A DNA stretch of 64,000 nt from Thermodesulfobacteriota bacterium (GTDB lineage: Bacteria > Desulfobacterota > Desulfobulbia > Desulfobulbales > SURF-16): NCBI GenBank assembly GCA_039714595.1, contig JBDLJA010000008.1, positions 6,565-70,564 on the forward strand, given 5' to 3'. Made by a program: the position numbers and the translations under genes. A model generated the notes under the pieces. That model searched no databases and had not been told where the DNA came from. It saw nothing but the letters and a program-made list of their open reading frames with translations. Positions 9,436-16,771 of the stretch are shown here, piece after piece; position 1 is the first letter of the stretch; each line of letters starts with the position of its first letter.

Positions 9436-9666
9436 CCATCCCGTAAATCACCGGCTTACCTCTTCTTGCCAGCAATCAAGAATTTAGGTAAATAGTTAAT
9501 TTTATGATTGTTTTCCAGCAATAATGTGATAATGTCCGACTCTATGAAAAGGTTACGGGCCTAATGGCTGGCTAGACTTTGCCATTTTTAATCGCCTGTA
9601 AGGGAATAGAAGGGGAAAGGTCTAGATAGAGCAATATCAAGGATATTTTCCACGTATTGCCATGTT

Positions 9667-10038
9667 ATGCTACGAAAAAAAATGAATATACGAATAATCA
9701 TATATTGCGCATTAATCTCTATATTTGCTTCTGCAATAACACCCATTTTCACCCTCATCACTTATATCCCGGACGAAGGCGAAATGGTCTATGACACAAC
9801 AAAAGAAGACGAAGAGAAAATGATCAATATGTCAAGTGAGGAACTAGACAACTATGTATCCAAACATGTAAAAATGAAAAGGCTTACAGGTTTTGAACGA
9901 ATTACATACCTGTTTTCCCGCCCTTCAATGGTTTTATATCACAAGGGTCTCTTATTAAGCACATTTGCAATTGTCTTTTCGTCAACATTAACAGCTAGTT
10001 TTCTTACGGTTAAACAATTGAAAAAGTCAAAAGAATAA
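9667..10038 (+). CDS. hypothetical small membrane protein (cassette-like ORF 1)
   Basis: 123 aa, AT-rich codon usage unlike the flanking genes, two hydrophobic segments. An attC site follows immediately. The start could instead be the ATG at 9682. Confidence 0.5.
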   Translation: MLRKKMNIRIIIYCALISIFASAITPIFTLITYIPDEGEMVYDTTKEDEEKMINMSSEELDNYVSKHVKMKRLTGFERITYLFSRPSMVLYHKGLLLSTFAIVFSSTLTASFLTVKQLKKSKE

Positions 10039-10042
10039 AACC

Positions 10043-10166
10043 GCATAACAATACGCTCAAGTACGACGCGCAAACTTGCGCTTTGCTGAATCGGCTTCGG
10101 CCATCTTTACTACAACCCGAACTTACTCAACCTCGGCTAGGCGCGCGTCTTAGCTTTGCGTTAGAT
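10043..10166 (+). mobile_element. integron attC recombination site (124 bp)
   Basis: R'' GCATAAC (10043-10049), then AATAC, then L''-like GCTCAAG. At the other end L'-like CTTAGC, then TTTGC, then R' GTTAGAT (10160-10166). Inner arms GACGCGC/GCGCGTC pair. It begins 5 nt after the ORF1 stop and ends 30 nt before the next ORF. Confidence 0.7.
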
Positions 10167-10196
10167 GTCACAATAATAATTTTGGAGAAATGCATA

Positions 10197-10673
10197 ATGA
10201 GAAAATCAATCGTAATATTTATTTTAATAATTTTTTATCCAGTATCATCTGGGGCAATTGACACTGTACATGACAGAGAGATTGAGCGACAAAACAGAAT
10301 AGCAAATATTGAAAAAACAGTACCAGTAAGTCGTCCAGCTCAACCAACCAAACCAGGATATACACTTAAAGACCTTGCAGATCATACTAAAACAATGTCG
10401 GATAATGACTGGAAGTCTTTACGAAATTTAGAAAATTGTCTTGCGAAAGTTGAAGAAGAACAATTAGGAGGACTATTCGCAGGGTTAATGTCTTTCAATT
10501 TAACCGAAAGTATTTTTGCAATTGGAGAAGCTATGTTTAATGAAATAAAAGGAAGTGATTGTCATGAAAAAAACCAACTAACACATAATGCTGCAACATA
10601 TAAGAATATTTATACATCTTTAACAAGAGACCAAATAAGAAATCAAAAGAATGCAGCTCGTGATATTCTTTAG
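10197..10673 (+). CDS. hypothetical secreted protein (cassette-like ORF 2)
   Basis: Start moved to ATG 10197, which has a GGAGA RBS. Signal-peptide-like MRKSIVIFILIIFYPVSSGA. AT-rich. No recognisable domain. Confidence 0.55.
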   Translation: MRKSIVIFILIIFYPVSSGAIDTVHDREIERQNRIANIEKTVPVSRPAQPTKPGYTLKDLADHTKTMSDNDWKSLRNLENCLAKVEEEQLGGLFAGLMSFNLTESIFAIGEAMFNEIKGSDCHEKNQLTHNAATYKNIYTSLTRDQIRNQKNAARDIL

Positions 10674-10686
10674 GTTTTAAAATTAC

Positions 10687-10795
10687 ATCTAACAGTTCAA
10701 TCCATCTGACTCGCGAGATCGTTCCCTTGGCCAGTTCAGCGGCCTTACTTCCCTGGCGCCTTATGCGCCATTTGCTGGGCAGGCGCGGGTTGTCT
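10687..10795 (+). mobile_element. degenerate attC-like site
   Basis: The left half, ATCTAAC-AGTTC-AATCC, fits an R''/spacer/L'' layout and starts 14 nt after the ORF2 stop. The right end, GTTGTCT, is a poor GTTRRRY match and L-box pairing is weak. Confidence 0.35.
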
Positions 10796-10829
10796 TGTGC
10801 CTTATGAATACAAAAAGGAGAGTAAAATT

Positions 10830-11246
10830 ATGAAAAAATTATTATTTGTCCTGCTTTTTATAGTTAGTTCAGCTAGTTCTTCTCTTGCTAGTGAACCTGC
10901 CATTGAAGCAGGTTTCAAGGCGTTTAAAGAAGATGGGGTTGAAGCCGCGTGGAAGAGTTGGGCTAAAAATGGCCCACTGGAAGGGAGCACAGAATTAATG
11001 GCTCAAGCCTCTCAATTTGGTCAAATAGGAACTTATTTCGGTAAATATTTTAGCCATGAGTATGTAGCAACAAAACAGTTAGGCCCAAATAACAAAATAG
11101 TTTTCGTCATCATGAACCTGGAAAAAGGGCCATTATTTGGCAGGTTTTTGGTATTTCGCAACTCAGAAGGCAAATGGACATTACCAAGCTTTAAATTCAA
11201 TACTGATCCAGAGCAAATTTGGCCCGCAACAATATACTCTAATTAA
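10830..11246 (+). CDS. hypothetical secreted protein (cassette-like ORF 3)
   Basis: Start moved to ATG 10830, which has an AAGGAGAG RBS. Signal peptide MKKLLFVLLFIVSSASSSLASE. AT-rich. No recognisable domain. Confidence 0.55.
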   Translation: MKKLLFVLLFIVSSASSSLASEPAIEAGFKAFKEDGVEAAWKSWAKNGPLEGSTELMAQASQFGQIGTYFGKYFSHEYVATKQLGPNNKIVFVIMNLEKGPLFGRFLVFRNSEGKWTLPSFKFNTDPEQIWPATIYSN

Positions 11247-11393
11247 TAAGGCGATTTACTTCATAGTTCACTTTGCAAAAGAGCCTGGTCGGTTGGCTTG
11301 AGGGCCGAAACCCAACCTACTGGTTTGAGAAAACCAAACTAAGATTGAGCCGGCCGGCAAATCGGCTTAATTTGCCTCTAATCAGAAAGGATT

Positions 11394-12053
11394 ATGTCTA
11401 TCAAGGTACCGAAACTGGCCAGGGTGCCAAAGATTGATGGGGATTGGCATAAATACCCCTGGCGGGATATGGAGCCGGAGTTGCTTGGCAACTACATGGG
11501 GGAGATGCCGGACCATAGGCCCAGGGCAGAGGTGAAGATTGCCTATGACGACCATGCCTTATACCTGATCTTCCGGGTGGCGGACCGATACGTGCGGGCG
11601 GTGGCGGAAAATCATCAGGATCCTGTCTGTGGCGACAGCTGCGTGGAGTTCTTCTTTAGCCCTGGCCCGGATGTGGCAGATGGCTATTTCAACTTGGAGG
11701 TCAACTGCGGCGGCACAATGCTCTTCCACTTTCAAAAGGTACCGCGTCAGAACCCCATCGCCCTCCCTGCGAGTGAGTATGACAAAGTTGAGATTGGCCA
11801 CTCGCTGCCCCAGCTTGTTGACCCTGAGATCGAGACGCCCCTTAGCTGGACCGTTGAGTATCGTCTGCCCCTGGATATTCTGGCCAGCTACTGTTATCTC
11901 ACCAGGCCGGCCCCAGGCGTTACCTGGCGCGCCAATTTCTGCAAATGCGCCGACAACTCCTCCCACCCTCACTGGCTCACATGGTCATTGCTTGACTATC
12001 CGCGGCCCAACTTCCATCTCCCGCAATTTTTTGGGCTGCTGGAGTTTAGGTGA
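11394..12053 (+). CDS. carbohydrate-binding family 9-like (CBM9/DOMON-like) domain protein
   Basis: 219 aa, with PKIDGDWHKYPW...YDDHALYLIFRV...DSCVEFFFSP...YFNLEVN...WRANFCK. The pattern resembles CBM9_2-type proteins. No signal peptide. Confidence 0.5.
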   Translation: MSIKVPKLARVPKIDGDWHKYPWRDMEPELLGNYMGEMPDHRPRAEVKIAYDDHALYLIFRVADRYVRAVAENHQDPVCGDSCVEFFFSPGPDVADGYFNLEVNCGGTMLFHFQKVPRQNPIALPASEYDKVEIGHSLPQLVDPEIETPLSWTVEYRLPLDILASYCYLTRPAPGVTWRANFCKCADNSSHPHWLTWSLLDYPRPNFHLPQFFGLLEFR

Positions 12054-12119
12054 TATGCCGGCAGGGCAGCTTGCAGAGAGGTGTAAGGCAGAAAAATATT
12101 AGCGAATGAATGTCCATAA

Positions 12120-12153
12120 CCCCGTTGGCCGCAGGCCTGCGGGGATTTCTTTT
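12120..12153 (+). terminator. possible intrinsic terminator
   Basis: CCCCG..GGCC-GCA-GGCC..CGGGG hairpin followed by ATTTCTTTT. Confidence 0.4.
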
Positions 12154-12177
12154 GGCCCCAAGGGCCTTACCCCTCTT

Positions 12178-12206
12178 TTGACAACCTTGAATAAAGGGGC
12201 TATATT
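12178..12206 (+). promoter_or_regulatory. predicted sigma-70 promoter for the repeat lipoprotein gene
   Basis: TTGACA, 17-nt spacer, TATATT. This would give a 5' UTR of about 130 nt. Confidence 0.5.
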
Positions 12207-12344
12207 CCGAATCAAAGTTTACCCCGCAATATTTGCGTAACCGCCTTGATTGTGGCAACTGTAACAGCCGTAATTTCAGGCAGATAAGTGTAAGGTGTGG
12301 CTCTTTTAGGGCTGGTTGGTTGAAGTTTATTAAAGGAGAAAAAC

Positions 12345-13274
12345 ATGCGTTCCTTCGGCAGCAGAATCTCTCTTGTTGTTTCATTATTCATGCTCGTTTC
12401 ATTCATGGCGGGCTGCAGGGTCTATGTCCCGCCTCCGCCGACCCCGGTGGTCGTCGCCCCGGTGCCTCAGCCGCGTCATCATCGCCACCGGCCAAAGATC
12501 TACAACTATCGTTATTTCCCCGGGCCGCAGGTCTACTATGATCGTGGCCGGGAAGTCTACTTCTACCTGGAAGGGAATGCCTGGCGCACTGCCGCTGTGC
12601 TGCCGCGCCACATCCATATTGAGTTTGATGATTTTTTACGGGTGGAGCTTGAAGGCCCCAGGCCCTACGTCCATCATAAGACGGTGTATAAGCGCTATCC
12701 CCCCTATCGCTACAAGAAGAAGCACAAGAAGCGCCGTAAGGTTGTAAAAAAACAGCGTAAATATAGCAAGAAGCAGCACAAAGAGTATCGCAAGGACCAA
12801 AAAGAACGGCGCAAGTATGAAGAGATGCGCAGTAGAGAGCATCGCAAGGATCTAAAAGAGCAGCGCAAGTACGAAGAGATGCGCCGCGAAGAGGATCGCC
12901 AGGATCTAAGGGAGCGGCGTAAATACGAAGAGATGCGCGGCAAAGAGGATCGCCGGGATCACCGGGAGCAGCGCAGATACGAAGAGATGCGCGGCAAAGA
13001 GGATCGCCGGGATCACCGGGAGCAGCGCAGATACGAAGAGATGCGCAGCAAAGAGGATCGCCGGGATCATAGGGCAGAACGCAGATACGAAGAGGAGCAC
13101 AGGGGCGATAAAAAGCCGCGTAAGTATAAGAAAAAACACAAGAAAGATTACCGCGAAGACGATGATGAGCGGGAATATCGGGAATATGAGGATAGGCCGC
13201 GTGGCGACTATCGTCAGGATGGCGATCGGCGCCAATACGATGGGGACCGCTATGAGTACTATCGCCAGGATTAA
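12345..13274 (+). CDS. lipoprotein with highly charged Arg/Lys/Glu/Asp tandem-repeat C-terminal region
   Basis: Lipobox LVSFMAGC. Pro-rich linker. Tyr-rich domain (YRYFPGPQVYYDRGREVYFYLEGNAWR). Then about six 18-aa repeats of the form (K/R)E(Q/R)R(K/R)YEEMR(G/S)KEDRRDH. AAAGGAG RBS. Confidence 0.75.
   Translation: MRSFGSRISLVVSLFMLVSFMAGCRVYVPPPPTPVVVAPVPQPRHHRHRPKIYNYRYFPGPQVYYDRGREVYFYLEGNAWRTAAVLPRHIHIEFDDFLRVELEGPRPYVHHKTVYKRYPPYRYKKKHKKRRKVVKKQRKYSKKQHKEYRKDQKERRKYEEMRSREHRKDLKEQRKYEEMRREEDRQDLRERRKYEEMRGKEDRRDHREQRRYEEMRGKEDRRDHREQRRYEEMRSKEDRRDHRAERRYEEEHRGDKKPRKYKKKHKKDYREDDDEREYREYEDRPRGDYRQDGDRRQYDGDRYEYYRQD
12801..13100 (+). repeat. in-frame 54-bp tandem repeat, about 5.5 copies
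   Basis: Units start at 12801, 12855, 12909, 12963, 13017 and 13071. Units 12963-13016 and 13017-13070 are 52/54 identical. Confidence 0.9.
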
Positions 13275-13490
13275 TCCCATTGATTGAGATCGTCTGTTGC
13301 CAGGCAGTTTTTTCTGGCTTACTCACTGCAGTTTGCCCGGCCTTTAGCCTTGCAAGCCAAGGGGGCATGCTGCAGGGGTAAAGGCTATCTTCCAGGGTCG
13401 AGGTTGCGTCAAGTTTTTTGCCAAGAGGCGACACCCCCCTGGCAACCCTGGACAACCTCCATCGCGCTTTGCCTAAAAGGGATATGAAAC

Positions 13491-14558
13491 ATGGCTAATG
13501 AAGATGGCCTGACAAAGACTGCCCACCGCTTGGAGGCGCTGCGCAAGATAATCACCAATACGATCTGGATCGTGATCGTGGTTGTCGTTCTTGCCGCCAT
13601 TGGCCGTTATCTCATGATTAAAGGGAGCGGCGAGATGGGAGAGGCGGGGGTTCAGGAGAAACCCGTCAATCAGTCCATCCCGTGGCATGAGGTTGACCAG
13701 GATGTTGCCCTTGCCATGACCGGGGCCCGCGAGAGCGCCGAGGCGTTCGCCGACCAGCAGCTGGATGAGTGGAGGGCCGGTCTCATGGCGCGGGTGGATA
13801 ACGACTACCTTGACTGGTACTTCAGTTACTGGAATCAACAGGTCCTGGGGCTCAAGGCCCTGGGGCAGTATGGTGTCCACTACTTCTTTAGGGATCAACC
13901 CTCCGCCGCTGAAAAGCTCACCGAGGAGATCCAGGAACAGTTCGCCACTAGGGTATTGCGCCCCCAGATAGCAGAGCTAGAGCTTGAGCGCATTGTCCGG
14001 AACACGGTCAACCATTACGTGGTCCAGCTGCGCGCCAATCTGGACTCCGTGCCCCAGAGGTACAAGATACCGAACACCACCTGGGACAGGTACATGGACG
14101 GCATCGCCCTCACCACCTATGGCACGGACGGCAACCGCCAGGTGCCCATTGCCCTGAAGGCCGTGGTGGCCACCGGCACCGGGGGCGCTCTCCTCCTGGC
14201 CGGCAAGATGCAACTTCTGATTGGCAAACTCTCCAGTAAGGTGTTGGCCAAGTCGGCCGGCAAGGCCGCCTCAAAGATGGCCGCCAAGACAGGGGGGAAG
14301 GTTGCCGCCAAGGCGGGCGGGAAATTTCTGGGCGCCATAGTGGGCGTGGGCGTGCTGGTCTGGGACGTCTGGGATCACAACAAGACCAGACAGGAAAATC
14401 GCCCCATTCTCCGTCAGGCCCTGGCCGATTATCTGCAAGAGTTGCAGGATATCCTCCTCTATGACCCTGAGGCCGGGATCATGAGTACCTTCAACGATCT
14501 TGAGCAGCAGGTCTTTTCTGATCTGCGCTCATCGCCTGGCCGGCCGGCAGCACTGTAA
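13491..14558 (+). CDS. hypothetical membrane protein
   Basis: 355 aa. N-terminal TM (IWIVIVVVVLAAIG). Central helical region. C-terminal Lys/Ala/Gly-rich stretch (AKSAGKAASKMAAKTGGKVAAKAGGK) followed by a second TM (FLGAIVGVGVLVW). No family recognised. Confidence 0.6.
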   Translation: MANEDGLTKTAHRLEALRKIITNTIWIVIVVVVLAAIGRYLMIKGSGEMGEAGVQEKPVNQSIPWHEVDQDVALAMTGARESAEAFADQQLDEWRAGLMARVDNDYLDWYFSYWNQQVLGLKALGQYGVHYFFRDQPSAAEKLTEEIQEQFATRVLRPQIAELELERIVRNTVNHYVVQLRANLDSVPQRYKIPNTTWDRYMDGIALTTYGTDGNRQVPIALKAVVATGTGGALLLAGKMQLLIGKLSSKVLAKSAGKAASKMAAKTGGKVAAKAGGKFLGAIVGVGVLVWDVWDHNKTRQENRPILRQALADYLQELQDILLYDPEAGIMSTFNDLEQQVFSDLRSSPGRPAAL

Positions 14559-14963
14559 AGGGCGGGAAAATCCTCTCTCCTCTGCTGCCAACCAATCTCA
14601 TTTTTTATTCTCGGCTTCACCCCTTCTCTTTAGAATTTGCTCGCCAAATCCCCATGGCGCTTCTCTCCTGCCAACATCAGCAGCGATCTAGCTGATATCA
14701 TTCATTAGTCTTGATTTTCTCCCGCAATACCGTTACCTCTTCCTGACAGACTAATCTTGTTTTCCCGGCCCTGTCATGGGGGAGGCCTGGGCGTTAGGGT
14801 CAGCCTTTTGTCCGGGAAACAGGGTAGGGGGGCAATATCTAAGGTGTATAGGCTCAGCTCTCGACCTATTAGCGTCTGTAAGTATGTTGCCCCGCCCTAT
14901 CTAACCCTGAGAATCAGAGGTCCTATTTGTAGCACAGGCCTCCAAATAAAAAAATGTATAGCC

Positions 14964-15539
14964 ATGGATAAGAAATTTGTCAGGTGGATTGTTGGAGCAG
15001 TCGTTGTCCCCTTAATAATAGCCGTTTTGAGTATATTCGGTGTTCAGATAAAGGATGCTCTATTTCCTGCACCTCCTCCAGAAATTGGAGACGGGCTAAC
15101 AGCTTCATTGGAGAAAAGGCTGATTGTTCTGGAAGCGAAATTTGACACTATTGCCAGATTTATCCATGTGCAACCAGTTTCTAAAGATGTTGCCTCAGAA
15201 AGAAAAAGTATATCTGATGCGGAAAAATTCAACGATGGAATCACAATTAAGAATGACTCTCAATACTCGGGCCGAAATCTTTATGTCGGTAAAAGGGCTT
15301 GGGACTGGACCGTCTACCTGGAAGCTGATCTTGATATCTTAAAAAGGATATCTTGTGTAAAATATCATCTTCACCCAACCTTCGGAGATAGCCCCAAAAC
15401 AATATGCCACCAAGGCAAGCAGTCAAAAGCATTTTCTTTTTCCACTACAGGGTGGGGTACATTTAATATTGGAGTAACAGTAGAGTTTAAAGATGGGTCA
15501 GAATTTACCACCAATCATTATCTTACATTTGCTAAATAG
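14964..15539 (+). CDS. membrane-anchored protein with C-terminal prokaryotic YEATS-like (pYEATS) domain
   Basis: 191 aa from ATG 14964. The 69-codon upstream extension in the ORF track is GC-skewed, non-protein-like sequence. TM helix WIVGAVVVPLIIAVLSIFGV. The C-terminus, WDWTVYLEA..ISCVKYHLHPTFGDSP..TTGWGTFNIGVTVEFKDG, matches the YEATS fold pattern. Low GC. Confidence 0.6.
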   Translation: MDKKFVRWIVGAVVVPLIIAVLSIFGVQIKDALFPAPPPEIGDGLTASLEKRLIVLEAKFDTIARFIHVQPVSKDVASERKSISDAEKFNDGITIKNDSQYSGRNLYVGKRAWDWTVYLEADLDILKRISCVKYHLHPTFGDSPKTICHQGKQSKAFSFSTTGWGTFNIGVTVEFKDGSEFTTNHYLTFAK

Positions 15540-15606
15540 ATATTAATGGTTCTACTTTATAAGAAGAGTAATATGTTTAAATATCAACAAAGGGGGGAGC
15601 ATACTA

Positions 15607-16488
15607 ATGGCAAAATTAATTCTTTCACTTGATGGCGGTGGCATACGGGGAGCGGCAACAGCGGAGTTCCTGCGCAAGCTGGAAAAGCAGTTGGCTAAAC
15701 CGTTACATAATACCTTTGATATGTTCATTGGCACCTCCACCGGGGGAATTATCGCGGCGGCCATAAGCAGCCTGAAGATGGCGGGCGAGGACTTGGCTCA
15801 GCTCTATAATCAAGAGAATGGCAGGGAGATTTTTCCGCAATCGTTCTGGGACCGGACATTAATCACCCAGAACCAACCGAAGTACGATGGGGAAGGGAAA
15901 CTAAGTGTCTTGAAGAGGTACTTTGGCAAACGGCTGCTGAGGAGCTCAGCCAAGCCTCTGGTGGTAACCGCTTACGATGTTGAACGGCGTAAGCCAAAAC
16001 TGTTCAAGTCATATGAGGAAGATGACACGAGGGTGGTTGACGCGGTGAACGCCACCTCGGCCGCGCCCACCTATTTCCCCACGGTTGAGGTGAATGGCGC
16101 CTGGTTAATTGATGGCGGCGTGATTATCAACAACCCGACCATGACCGGATTTGCTGAGGCCAAAGAGAGGTGGCCGGATGAGGAGATCAAGATACTCTCT
16201 GTGGGCACCGGGACAAGAACCAGGCCCATTCCTGGGGAGAAGTCGGCGGACTATGGGGCCATAGGCTGGTTTAAGCACGATCTTTTGGGAGTTGTCACCG
16301 ATGAGGCCATTGTTCATCTCCAGGCCAAGACTATCCTGGCCGATAGATATGTGCGGGTAAATTCCGAGCTGAAAAAGGCGGACGACGACATGGACAACGT
16401 TAAACAGGGCAACCTGGACAACCTCAAAAAGCTTGGCCAGAAATGGTGGGCTGACCATGGCCAGGAGGCAATCAGTCTCTTGAGTTAG
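15607..16488 (+). CDS. patatin-like phospholipase
   Basis: DGGGIRG oxyanion-hole motif, GTSTG nucleophile elbow and LIDGGV catalytic Asp motif are all intact. 293 aa. GGGGGAG RBS. Confidence 0.85.
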   Translation: MAKLILSLDGGGIRGAATAEFLRKLEKQLAKPLHNTFDMFIGTSTGGIIAAAISSLKMAGEDLAQLYNQENGREIFPQSFWDRTLITQNQPKYDGEGKLSVLKRYFGKRLLRSSAKPLVVTAYDVERRKPKLFKSYEEDDTRVVDAVNATSAAPTYFPTVEVNGAWLIDGGVIINNPTMTGFAEAKERWPDEEIKILSVGTGTRTRPIPGEKSADYGAIGWFKHDLLGVVTDEAIVHLQAKTILADRYVRVNSELKKADDDMDNVKQGNLDNLKKLGQKWWADHGQEAISLLS

Positions 16489-16599
16489 GGGAGGGGGGCA
16501 ATTTATCTCTTTTCTGGCCGGCAGGAAGAGGGCGTGGAGGTAGAAAATTTCTTCCTTCCCCTGGTCGCCCTTTCCCCTTTGCCGGCCGAGAGGTTTCTT

Positions 16600-16629
16600 T
16601 TGACATGGCCGGGGGTTCAATGGTAAATG
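16600..16629 (+). promoter_or_regulatory. predicted sigma-70 promoter upstream of hom
   Basis: TTGACA (16600-16605), 17-18 nt spacer, GTAAATG. Confidence 0.4.
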
Positions 16630-16771
16630 ATACCTTTTTCAACCACCCTGCGGCCCCTCTTCCCTGCTTTTCCGGTAAAGCTTCATGGCTTTTGCGAGGC
16701 TGGCTGCCCGGCGTGAACGTTCGGGGCCCCTCTTAAGGGCCCTTTTGGCGAGAATTTCTTAAGTAATAAAA

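Noticed and set aside
11247-11393. A third attC site after cassette-like ORF 3, and one upstream of ORF 1 (9436-9666)
   Set aside because: No RYYYAAC...GTTRRRY pair with matching internal arms could be found on either strand. Only small unrelated hairpins are present (GGTTGG..CCAACC, GGCAAAT..ATTTGCC).
12801-13100. Tandem repeats here and at 26933-27022 considered as possible CRISPR arrays
   Set aside because: The repeats are directly adjacent with no unique spacers. They are in frame within well-supported CDSs, and no cas genes are nearby.
12403-13455. 350-aa minus-strand ORF, and several shorter ORFs, across the repeat lipoprotein gene
   Set aside because: It is an artefact of the 54-bp tandem repeat keeping alternative frames open. 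The product is Pro/Arg/Ala/Cys low-complexity. The plus-strand gene has an RBS, a lipobox and a coherent repeat structure.
14757-14963. 69-codon N-terminal extension of the pYEATS ORF in the six-frame track
   Set aside because: The extension starts at a non-ATG codon. It has GC-rich, Gly/Arg/Ser-rich non-protein-like composition unlike the AT-rich gene body. The TM helix begins right after the ATG at 14964.
9436-16771. Treating the whole 7.3 kb between the GGDEF gene and hom as a single genomic island
   Set aside because: Composition is heterogeneous. The stretches 9.4-11.3 kb and about 14.8-16.5 kb are low in GC, but 11.4-14.6 kb looks native. No integrase, tRNA boundary or long flanking repeats are present. 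It is more likely two small independent insertions around resident genes.
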